64,000 bases of DNA from contig CAWBZI010000006.1 of NCBI GenBank assembly GCA_963793265.1, positions 672,001 to 736,000 on the forward strand, read 5' to 3'. The notes under the pieces were generated by a model. The model was not told the DNA's origin. It ran no database searches and worked only from the letters and a program-made list of their open reading frames with translations. A program made the position numbers and the translations under genes. Every line of letters starts with the position of its first letter. Within the stretch, counting starts at the first letter, position 1. This DNA comes from an uncultured cyanobacterium (GTDB lineage: Bacteria > Cyanobacteriota > Cyanobacteriia > Phormidesmidales > Phormidesmidaceae). Shown piece after piece: positions 28,224 to 37,094 of the stretch.

Positions 28224-28689
28224 CTAAGCGTCAATAGTGTACTTTCTTCTATATTGAGATGCTGCGGCTCCGAGATTCTTAGAAGGTGCAGGTGGATCGT
28301 CTATAGCCTCAATGAATATTGCTGGGTCTCTATCAGAGAGAGACAGTCTTTCGTGCTCTTTAATAGAGCTGTTGCGATATAAGAAAAATAATGGCTGAAA
28401 CCACTGCTACATAAAGCATTCAGCGATTTTACTCAAAAAACGTCTGAATTCGCTGCTATATAAGGGTTACAGCGATTTTTGAGTCTTATTACGCAACACG
28501 TCTAATAACTTCAATTGCCCGCTCTACCGTAGCGTCTGTAATGAAGCTAGTAAGATCCTGTCCAGCCAAAGCTGCCGCCTTCTTTAAAATGGCTTTGTTT
28601 TGAGCAGTCACACGGCAGTGAACTCTCTCGATTTTTCCTTTGGGTGCAGCAGTCATCGTTTTACACAGCTGGATTGGCTTTGAAGACAT
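28224..28689 (-). pseudogene. DUF1778 (TacA-like RHH) antitoxin interrupted by a MITE
   Basis: N-half ...RVTAQNKAILKKAAALAGQDLTSFITDATVERAIEVI continues in frame as KEHERLSLSDRDPAIFIEAIDDPPAPSKNLGAAASQYRRKYTIDA* once 28366-28507 is removed. Confidence 0.85.
28366..28502. mobile_element. 137-bp MITE
   Basis: 19-bp imperfect terminal inverted repeats (15/19 match), flanked by TAATA duplication at 28361-28365 and 28503-28507. Confidence 0.85.
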
Positions 28690-28757
28690 CCAGGCTTGCC
28701 TCAGCTATGCCAGCGCTGCGCTCAAGTCTGAAAAAGTTTAGAACACGTTACCAACTA

Positions 28758-31263
28758 TCAAGACAGACAAGCACTAGCGCTGACTCGTGAGATTTGTTGA
28801 GGTGCGCGGATATCTGAGAACAAGGCGATCACACGCCCAAAACAATCCCCATAACTCACCTCACCACTTTCAAGCATACTCAGCCCACACTGAAAATGCG
28901 CCTCCGCCAAATCGCACTGCGCCCCAATCTTTTCACACAGCTCTATCGCCTGAGCATGAAGCACCAAAGCCGCCGCATACTCACCCTGCTGCCGATGCAA
29001 AACAGCCAGTCCAGTTAGCGCCTTCGCCTTCACCTGTATGTAATGGCCCGACTCTGCAAATTCAATTGCTCTTTCATATAAAACGTTAGCTTTTTGCAAG
29101 TCGCCCAGACTATTAAACGTTTGACCCAATAGCTGTAGAGAAGTAGGCAGAGCGTCCGTGTCGATCGGCAGAGCCAGCCGTCAGCTTTCCATAAAGACTG
29201 TTAGCAAGCTTAGCGGCCCTGTCATCTCCTAAGTAGGCATACACTAAGGCCAATCCCACCTTTGCTTTATCAGCCCACGCTTGATGAGCCGTACCCGAGG
29301 CCAGCGCAATCACCTCTTCAAACTGTTCAGCCGCCTGCGCAAGCTCCCATAGATCTATGGAGTAGAGGCCAATGCTCAAGTGTGCATCTACTACAAGCAT
29401 TTGAAAGTAATAGGTATCGCGATCGCACGAAAGCAACACCCCCTGTTCAAAATCACACTCTAAATATTGTTCTACTTGAGCACCCTGCGGCAAAGCCTGC
29501 CGCCGCTGAGACTGTTCTACTTCAGCCTCAGCTAGCGTTTTCTCCTGACAGGCGATCGCACTATGAATCCGCCCCGTAATCCAATACACATCGCCCAAAA
29601 TATTATTCAGCTCACTCCGCCCCTGCTCCACGTGAGGCAGCACTTGAGTAATCGCATTAATCACCGGCTGCAATAGCCCCATCCGATACAGGCTACTCGC
29701 CAGCGGCAAAAACTGATGCCACCGATTATGACGACTTTGCAACAGCACCGCAGCAGCGCCATCATAGTCTTGCGCCGCAATCAAATGGTAGTAAGCCTCA
29801 AGCGCTTGCAGGCCATCTTCTACCGACACGATTTGGCTCACGCGATCGCGCCAATACCCAGCCGCCGAGTAATTCGCCCGCAGCCACTCGCCCTCTAGCC
29901 GCAGCCGAGAAATCGCCACCGCCCGGCTCACTGGATGTAGCCAATAGTTGCCCTTGCGAAACTCCAACAAAGAACGATCCCGCAAAGAATTTATCGTTTG
30001 CCTGTGCTGATCAGAGTTAATATCCCACATCAGCGCCGCGATCGCCTCAGCCCTCAGCGTCGGCTGCTCTTGGTACCGATAGCAGCCCAGCCGACAAAAC
30101 ACCTTATACGCATCATCATCCAACGCCTGCAACCGAGACACCTGACTCACTACCAAATTCCGTAAGTCAGTCGGCCCCAGCAAATCGGTTTCATTCTCCT
30201 GCCAATAAGCCGCCAAATCCCCCTCAAAGTCTTCTAATACCGCCGCATACACAATCTCCATTGCCTTAGCATTGCCACCATAGGCCCGATGCATTTTAAC
30301 CAGTATGCTCTCATTTTCTACCGTGATTCCAGTTGCAAAAAACTGTTGCCAAGCCTCTACACTCAGCCCTGGCAACCTGTAGTGGTGCACCTTTACACCC
30401 GGTTCGCAGAGGCGATCGCGACTCGTCATTACCACGCTCACCCGCGCATCTATCAGCATCCGCAACAGCTCTACATAGCGGCGATGCTGAGCAATCAACT
30501 GACCGTTTCTATCCAACGCAGGCTCCAAATTATCAATCAGTACGCCCGTCGAGAAACCAGTGCGATCGCCTGAGAGCAAACGCTGCTTCAGCCGACTCAG
30601 CGTCACCCCAAACGCTCGCCCCGGCTCCTCGTCAAAATGCTGTCGCAGCCACTCTTCTGCGACGCTCTCAGCCGGTGTGATGTTCGCCGACTCTTTCGCC
30701 ATCGGCAGCTCAAACACTCGCTCAAACCGCTGGCAATACTGCTGCGCAAGCGTCGTCTTACCAATGCCGCCCTCCCCCTGAATAACAATCATCTGGTGAG
30801 TCTGAGCGAGCGTGTGTAGCGTTTGGAGCGCTTGAGTTCTACCTACAAAAATAGGAATTGTAGCCGTAGCGTCAGCGGCGATGAGTGGCAGCAAGGTTGG
30901 CACTAAAGCCTGTGAAGCAGCCTGTGAAGAATACTGGGGAAAGGCCGGTCTAGCGACGCTGGCAATGGATTCGTAGGTGTTGGGCGCGGCGTTTTTGACC
31001 GTGCGTTTGACACGGTTGATTAGGCGCGATCGCAAATTTCCTTTCGTGATGCGCTCGCCCAAAGCCTCCGACAGCACCCGCCAAAGCTGAGAGGCCACAT
31101 CCTTAATATGGCCTTCGCTATAGCCTGCAGCCGACGCCACCTGCGAATAGGTGCGACCCTGCCAGCTCTGCTGAATAATCCGGCTTTGCAAATCGCTCAA
31201 ATGTTGGCCGGTGCGCTCATACAGCAGTTGGTCAGCATACTCAATCGCCGTATCTATCCTCAT
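28758..31263 (-). pseudogene. N-terminal HTH + NB-ARC-like P-loop NTPase + TPR regulator, split by a 1-nt frameshift near 29139
   Basis: GEGGIGKTT, VLIDNLE, MTSR, HPV motifs. ...AYF-t-LQLLGQTFNSLG joins ORF 29113-31263 to the TPR ORF 28758-29129 if one base is removed. Confidence 0.8.
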
Positions 31264-31505
31264 ATCGCCCCGTGCTCTATCGCTATCACTCCTCGTTCAA
31301 AAGTAGACTACCAGCTACGCGCTGGATGTTCCGAACACAGCGAACCCTTTTGCCCCAGCTTATTGAGAGTTCACTGAGTCTTCATCATGACATCCCTTTG
31401 CGTAGTCTCAGCGCCATCCTACTTTTAACCAGACTTTTTCCGACTGACATTCTCCCGCCGTAACCCTAACTTGATAGGTGAAGCCACTCTTAGAGGCCAT
31501 CCACC

Positions 31506-32171
31506 TTGCTCGCAATGTCGTCACTAAAGCCCAGCCACACGCCGATAAGAATCGCCGCCCTATCGGTAAATAAAACAACATATGAAACGAACTATCTAAG
31601 CGACAGACAGCTTAGCGATCGCATAGAAAATACCGTTCAAACGCATCTCTCACTAGATAACTTACAACAGCTTCTCAAGCAAGCCATCTCGCAACAAATC
31701 ACTTTAGAACAACAAACTAGAACGCGCGCTCAGTCGGCTATGGTTTCAGCGATCGCTCCCGACTCTATCAGCTCCGAATCCGCCACTATAGAATCCATCG
31801 CCACAGCGTACGGCACCACCTGCGTTCTCATCTGGCAGTCCCTCTGGCACCCCACCCCTCTTTCAAAATTTAGTCAGCAAATCCAGCAGCTCTGCCTCAC
31901 CTGGGCAGCCGCAAAACGACACTCATCCGGCCATCCCTTCTTAGCTAATCACCCCACATCCTTTGCCGCCCTCCAAGCCAAATGGCAAAACCCACATATC
32001 CAAGCCACCCTTCGCAGTACAACCGCCCAGCTTCAAAACCATCCTTTCTACGCCAGCACCCTCTACGACTACCCGACCTGCTGGGCCTACCTTTTCGGCT
32101 GCACCATCCATCAACTATTGCAGTGGAATCACCAGCTAACTCCATGCACACTGCGGGAATTATGGCCTTGA
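31506..32171 (+). CDS. Hypothetical protein
   Basis: 221-aa ORF divergent from the NB-ARC gene and upstream of uppS; no recognised motif. Confidence 0.5.
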   Translation: MLAMSSLKPSHTPIRIAALSVNKTTYETNYLSDRQLSDRIENTVQTHLSLDNLQQLLKQAISQQITLEQQTRTRAQSAMVSAIAPDSISSESATIESIATAYGTTCVLIWQSLWHPTPLSKFSQQIQQLCLTWAAAKRHSSGHPFLANHPTSFAALQAKWQNPHIQATLRSTTAQLQNHPFYASTLYDYPTCWAYLFGCTIHQLLQWNHQLTPCTLRELWP

Positions 32172-32255
32172 CGCTCTCCCCCTTTCTCGCTATATCTCCC
32201 TCAAAAATAATCTCTTCGCCGTCTTTCTCTCAGCCAAAAGCGCTGCCAACCCTTC

Positions 32256-33038
32256 ATGAATCCATACGCCATCCTCCCTACCGATCTCAACCCTGAGTGC
32301 CTACCCAAACACGTCGCCGTCATTATGGATGGCAACGGACGCTGGGCCAATCAGCGTGGCCTCCCCCGTGTCGCCGGACACCGCCAGGGCGCAAAAGTCC
32401 TCAAAGATCTGCTGCGCTGCTGCAAAGACTGGGGTATCGGAGCCCTCACTACCTACGCCTTCTCTACTGAAAACTGGCGCAGGCCCACGTCTGAAGTAGA
32501 CTTTTTGATGGTTCTCTTTGAGAAGATGCTGCGAAAAGAGCTAAAAGAAATGCACAAAGAAGGCGTACGCATTCGCTTTATCGGAGATTTGTCTGAGCTG
32601 TCACCCGCTTTGCAAAGAGAGATAGATAGGGCTATGGAAGAAACAGCAGGCAATACTGCTATTGACTTTAATGTTGCAATTAACTACGGCAGTCGAAACG
32701 AGATTGTTCATGCGTGTCAGCAGGTCGCTCAAAAGGTAGAAAGTGGCGAGCTTACCTCAACCGATGTCAGTGAAGATATTATTTCTCAGCACCTATACAC
32801 GGCAGGTTGCGACCCCGATTTACTGGTTCGCACCAGCGGCGAGCAGCGCCTTAGCAACTTTCTACTCTGGCAGCTTGCCTACACAGAAATGTATTTTACC
32901 AATGCCTTTTGGCCTGACTTTGACCGGGGAGAATTTCACCGGGCATTGCAGACTTTTCAGGGGCGCGATCGCCGCTTTGGCAATGCAAAAGATGCGGTAG
33001 CACAGGTGCGCATAGAAGAACCAGCGCTTACAGCATAA
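32256..33038 (+). CDS. uppS: cis-isoprenyl diphosphate synthase (UppS family)
   Basis: [54 protein letters not shown]. Confidence 0.93.
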   Translation: MNPYAILPTDLNPECLPKHVAVIMDGNGRWANQRGLPRVAGHRQGAKVLKDLLRCCKDWGIGALTTYAFSTENWRRPTSEVDFLMVLFEKMLRKELKEMHKEGVRIRFIGDLSELSPALQREIDRAMEETAGNTAIDFNVAINYGSRNEIVHACQQVAQKVESGELTSTDVSEDIISQHLYTAGCDPDLLVRTSGEQRLSNFLLWQLAYTEMYFTNAFWPDFDRGEFHRALQTFQGRDRRFGNAKDAVAQVRIEEPALTA

Positions 33039-33089
33039 GCGGTTGACAATGCAGCAATCATTATTGTCAACGATTTTTATTGCATCTCC

Positions 33090-33179
33090 TGTAGGGGCAC
33101 AAGGCATTGCGCCCTCCGGCCTTCGAATTCGGTTTTGCAGTGCACCCAGCCGGAGGGCGTAAGGTCTTACGCCCCTACA
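33090..33179. repeat. GTAG-type REP doublet (REPIN-like)
   Basis: TGTAGGGGC...GCGCCCTCCGGC and GCCGGAGGGCGT...GCCCCTACA in inverted orientation between convergent genes. Confidence 0.75.
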
Positions 33180-33204
33180 ATTCCGGTGCGATTAGAGGTT
33201 AATT

Positions 33205-33723
33205 CTAAGGCGCGATCGCCCCACCCGATAAATTATCCAACGCACCTGCAACCTGCTGAATCACCTCATTTCCACAAGCCCCTAACTGATGCCGCCCGCC
33301 CAAATAACGCGGGTCATTATAAGCAATCTGCACCTGCCCGGCCTCATCCTCCCAAATCAACATTTTCTGCGGCAAATCAATTGCAATACTCTGACTGCAC
33401 TGCATCAGCGGCGTACCCAGCTTAGGATTACCAAAAATCACCACCCGCGTCGGTTGCAAATCAAGCCCCGCTCCCTCAGCATTCTGCGCATGATCCACCG
33501 TCGCAAAAACGTTAAGACCTCTCTCTTCTAAAATGCCAACAAAGCGCCGTTCTGTTTCTTCTACGCTGTGAGGACTTTCTTTTATTACCAGTCCAGTCGG
33601 GGTCGGTACAGGTAGCGATCGCCCAGCCCCAACACCTATTCCCAGCGCGATCGCACCACCTAAAACAGCCGCACCACCCATCACCAAGATCTTTCTTTTC
33701 ACAGCACTTTTAGTAAACAACAA
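33205..33723 (-). CDS. DUF302 domain protein with N-terminal signal/TM
   Basis: FATVDHAQNA, VIFGNPKLGTPLMQ, IDLPQKMLIWED. Confidence 0.85.
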   Translation of the reverse strand: MLFTKSAVKRKILVMGGAAVLGGAIALGIGVGAGRSLPVPTPTGLVIKESPHSVEETERRFVGILEERGLNVFATVDHAQNAEGAGLDLQPTRVVIFGNPKLGTPLMQCSQSIAIDLPQKMLIWEDEAGQVQIAYNDPRYLGGRHQLGACGNEVIQQVAGALDNLSGGAIAP

Positions 33724-33746
33724 TTTTTAGTAAACAACAATAGAAT

Positions 33747-34616
33747 TCAGCGCTCTGGATCGACCGCACTATAAATTGCAGAATAATCCGCATCGGCCAG
33801 CCCCTGTGCGATCGCCTTACTCGCCACCTTACTCACCCCTGCTGCCACTGTCGCATCAATTCCCTGCGCCTGCGCGGCCTGCACAAACAAATTCATATCC
33901 TTTAACAGGTGCTTCGTTGGAAAATTAGGGTTTGCAAAATTGCGATCACACATCCGCGCCAGCTTCTTATCAAACGTCGGCGCATACAGCGCACTTTCCC
34001 GCACCACCTGCATAAACTTCTCGATATCCAATCCTTCACGCTGTACCAATCCCAAACTCATCGAAAACGCCGCCGTCAGCGTTCCAATGAGCTGATTCAT
34101 TGCCAGCTTAGTTGCCGCCGCCGCACCCACTGGCCCCATTAGTTGAGGATCAGGCCCAAAGCACTTAAGCACTGGTAGCCACCGCTCATACTGCTCAGGG
34201 GTAGCGCCGACCATTAATATCAGCTCGCCCGCCTTCACCTGTGGAATGCTGCCCAGTACAGGCGACTCAAAGTAAGCACCGCCCGCCGCCTCAACCTTCT
34301 TAGCTAGCTCACGGCTTTCATCCGGCGCAATCGTCCCCATTTGTAGCAGCGTCCGATCCTTTAGCGCGGCAGGCTGCGCAAGCACCGCCGCCTCAATCGC
34401 CGCCGCATCACTCAGCATCGTAATTGTCATCTCAGCCGAAAGCAGCACATCAGTCGCCGTTGCGGCTGAATGAATGCCCGCCGATTGCAAAGGTATTAGC
34501 TTTGTAGCCGAGCGATTCCAAGCGGTTACCTCAAAGCCAGAGCGCTGTAGCTGCAGAGCCATCGGCCCACCCATGAGCCCAGTGCCAACAATGCCGATTT
34601 GCTTTTCAGAGTGCAT
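33747..34616 (-). CDS. beta-hydroxyacid dehydrogenase family (3-hydroxyisobutyrate dehydrogenase / glyoxylate-succinic semialdehyde reductase-like)
   Basis: GIVGTGLMGGPMA, SPVLGS, KLAMN, FPTKHLLKD. Confidence 0.88.
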   Translation of the reverse strand: MHSEKQIGIVGTGLMGGPMALQLQRSGFEVTAWNRSATKLIPLQSAGIHSAATATDVLLSAEMTITMLSDAAAIEAAVLAQPAALKDRTLLQMGTIAPDESRELAKKVEAAGGAYFESPVLGSIPQVKAGELILMVGATPEQYERWLPVLKCFGPDPQLMGPVGAAAATKLAMNQLIGTLTAAFSMSLGLVQREGLDIEKFMQVVRESALYAPTFDKKLARMCDRNFANPNFPTKHLLKDMNLFVQAAQAQGIDATVAAGVSKVASKAIAQGLADADYSAIYSAVDPER

Positions 34617-34860
34617 AAGCTAAGTGCCCAAGTCCTAAAAATTCACTGTTTCTATCATAAGAGTCCTTCGCCCTTGCTAAATGGCTCTGGTGCTGTTCAT
34701 AGAAAGGTTAAAAACACGTCAAGGATTCATTACAGAATTCTTAAGAGCTTGTAATATTTCAGACAGAATACTAGGACTTGCTTATAGCCTGAATAAGAAT
34801 GGCCTTCTTAGCTAGTCTTTTTCGACTAGCGGCTCACTTTACTACACTTTTGGAAGACTC

Positions 34861-35844
34861 ATGGCAAAGAAGAAATCTGGCACATCCACAGCGACCGCAA
34901 AACTGAATGGGGCAGAGACGGAAGCCAAGGTTGCAAAAGGTGGCGCTCAGGAGAAAAAGGTTGAGGACAAAGCTGAAAAGAATAGCGCTGGCAAAGGCAA
35001 AGAGAAAAAGGCTGAAAAGAGTAGTGCTAGCAAAAGCAAGGGCAAGGATAAAAAAGAAAAGAAGCACAAAAAGCTGAGCAAGAAGGTTTACAAGGCAGAG
35101 TTAGAGCGCCTGCAAAGAGAGCTGGTTAAGCTTCAGTATTGGGTGAAAGATAAAGGTCTGAAGGTTGTTGTACTGTTTGAAGGTAGAGACGCAGCGGGTA
35201 AAGGTGGGGCGATTAAGCGCATTTCTGAATGCTTGAATCCTCGCATCTGTAAGGTTGTGGCGCTAGGAACACCTACTGATAAAGAGAAAGGGCAGTGGTA
35301 TTTTCAGCGATATGTGGCACAGCTTCCGTCAGCGGGCGAAATCGCTTTGTTCGACCGTAGCTGGTACAACAGAGCGGGCGTAGAGCGGGTAATGGGCTTT
35401 TGTACTCATCAGGAATATGTTGAGTTTCTGCGCTCTTGCCCTGAGTTTGAGCATATGCTGCAACGGGCTGGCATCGTTTTAGTCAAATACTGGTTCTCAG
35501 TGAGCGATGATGAGCAAGAAAAACGCTTCCAGGATCGCCTTGAAGATCCGGCTAAGCGGTGGAAGCTCAGCCCAATGGATTTAGAAGCACGGGCTAGATG
35601 GGTGGAATATTCAAAGGCTAAAGACGATATGTTTGCAGCCACAGATACGACCAGATCGCCCTGGAACGTAGTAGAAGCAGACGATAAAAAGAGCGCCCGG
35701 CTCAACTGCATCAGCCATTTGCTCAGCCAAATTGAATACGAAGATCTCACACCGCCGCCGCTCAAGCTGCCTAAGCGTCAAAAGAATATAGACTACGAGC
35801 GCCCACCGATGGAAACCCAGAATTTCGTGCCACAGAAATATTGA
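34861..35844 (+). CDS. ppk2: Polyphosphate kinase 2
   Basis: FEGRDAAGKGGAI, WYFQRY, FDRSWYNRAGVERVMGFC, KRWKLSPMD; Lys-rich N-terminal extension. Confidence 0.95.
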   Translation: MAKKKSGTSTATAKLNGAETEAKVAKGGAQEKKVEDKAEKNSAGKGKEKKAEKSSASKSKGKDKKEKKHKKLSKKVYKAELERLQRELVKLQYWVKDKGLKVVVLFEGRDAAGKGGAIKRISECLNPRICKVVALGTPTDKEKGQWYFQRYVAQLPSAGEIALFDRSWYNRAGVERVMGFCTHQEYVEFLRSCPEFEHMLQRAGIVLVKYWFSVSDDEQEKRFQDRLEDPAKRWKLSPMDLEARARWVEYSKAKDDMFAATDTTRSPWNVVEADDKKSARLNCISHLLSQIEYEDLTPPPLKLPKRQKNIDYERPPMETQNFVPQKY

Positions 35845-35866
35845 GGTTTCTGAGCTAAGGTTTCAT

Positions 35867-36409
35867 ATGGCTAAACAGTACGAACAAATCACAGAGGCTC
35901 ACCGCTCTTTTATAGAACAGCAGAAAATGTTTTTCGTTGGCACAGCAGGCGCACAGGGCCGCGTCAATGTGTCGCCAAAAGGGTTAGACAGCCTGCGGGT
36001 GCTCAATCCTAATCGGGTTGTTTGGCTCAGCGTAACGGGTAGCGGCAATGAGAGCGCAGCGCATGTTTTAGAAAATGGCCGAATGACGGTGATGTTCTGT
36101 TCTTTTGAAGGAGCACCGATGATTTTGCGGCTGTACGGAGAGGCAAAAGTTGTTTACCCTCGCGATGCTGAATGGGATGTGCTAGTACAAGAGTTTCCTG
36201 AAGTGCCAGGCACACGGCAGCTATTCGACCTGTCGGTGAGTATGGTGCAAACCTCCTGTGGGATGGCGGTGCCGCTGTATGAGTATCAAGAAGATCGTGA
36301 GATGCTGAATAGCTGGGCGCAAAAGAAAGGCCCCGAAGGTATCGGAGCCTACTGGGAAGAGAAGAATCAGGTCAGTATTGATGGAATGCCAACTCAGATC
36401 TTTAAATAA
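35867..36409 (+). CDS. Pyridoxamine 5'-phosphate oxidase-like FMN-binding protein
   Basis: FFVGTA...VNVSPKG, TGSGNESAAH, RMTVMFCSFEGAPMILRLYG, QTSCGMAVP. Confidence 0.85.
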   Translation: MAKQYEQITEAHRSFIEQQKMFFVGTAGAQGRVNVSPKGLDSLRVLNPNRVVWLSVTGSGNESAAHVLENGRMTVMFCSFEGAPMILRLYGEAKVVYPRDAEWDVLVQEFPEVPGTRQLFDLSVSMVQTSCGMAVPLYEYQEDREMLNSWAQKKGPEGIGAYWEEKNQVSIDGMPTQIFK

Positions 36410-36412
36410 CGA

Positions 36413-36952
36413 CTAGCTAACAAGCTGCCGCGTTTTATTGAAGTCAGGAGACTGTATGCTCAGCGAGTCTGCCATTGGATGCTGTAGCTCGTGATGGAAC
36501 AGAAGGCAGTCTCTTTTGAGCCATTCGTAGCGATCGGGTAGGCACATGGCCATGGCAATGACTTTAGGCGAATCGAGCGTGTCGCCAAAGCCGCCGCGTA
36601 CCGATACCTTGAAGCCCTTTAGCTCGGTTAAAAACTGGGCTGTATCTGTACGAATGACAGGCGGACGTTTGGCAGGCAGGGCGATCGCCATTTGCGCAAA
36701 CAGCTTTTGCTGCCAGCGATCGCCTGTTGGCATATAGCCATCAATATCGTTCGCAACATTAGCAAGCAGCCGCTCAGCACCCATACAAACGCTTTGCAAA
36801 TTCACCGAAATTCCCGCCACCATCAAATCAAAAGAATCAGCGTCCTCGTGATATTCAGCGAGTACGTCTAAGAACTTAGTGACTTTTTCGACGGTTAAGC
36901 TGATTTTCTCTAACTCATCCCAATTTTTGTCGAAGAGCGCCTGGTAATCCAC
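36413..36952 (-). CDS. HepT-like (HEPN) protein with degenerate catalytic motif
   Basis: LQSVCMGAERLLANVANDIDGYMPTGDRWQQKLFAQMA...RPPVI resembles the HepT-like family; the expected FRH motif reads FKV. Confidence 0.65.
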   Translation of the reverse strand: MDYQALFDKNWDELEKISLTVEKVTKFLDVLAEYHEDADSFDLMVAGISVNLQSVCMGAERLLANVANDIDGYMPTGDRWQQKLFAQMAIALPAKRPPVIRTDTAQFLTELKGFKVSVRGGFGDTLDSPKVIAMAMCLPDRYEWLKRDCLLFHHELQHPMADSLSIQSPDFNKTRQLVS

Positions 36953-37094
36953 GTGTCGGTGACCTGTTTGCTAGAGGGGTATCTTGATGCATCAACAAAC
37001 GGCTGACCAGACTAACAATCCGGCCAGCCGCGCTGACGTTATCATGCCCAAACCCTAAGATCCAGATCACAAATTAAGTGAGTTTACTGGCCTT

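Noticed and set aside
28065..28382. 105-aa plus-strand ORF
   Set aside because: Antisense to the antitoxin and toxin remnants, which explain the region better.
33708..33741. 17-bp tandem duplication TTTTAGTAAACAACAAT at the DUF302 start
   Set aside because: Most likely a local slippage duplication; no evidence of function.
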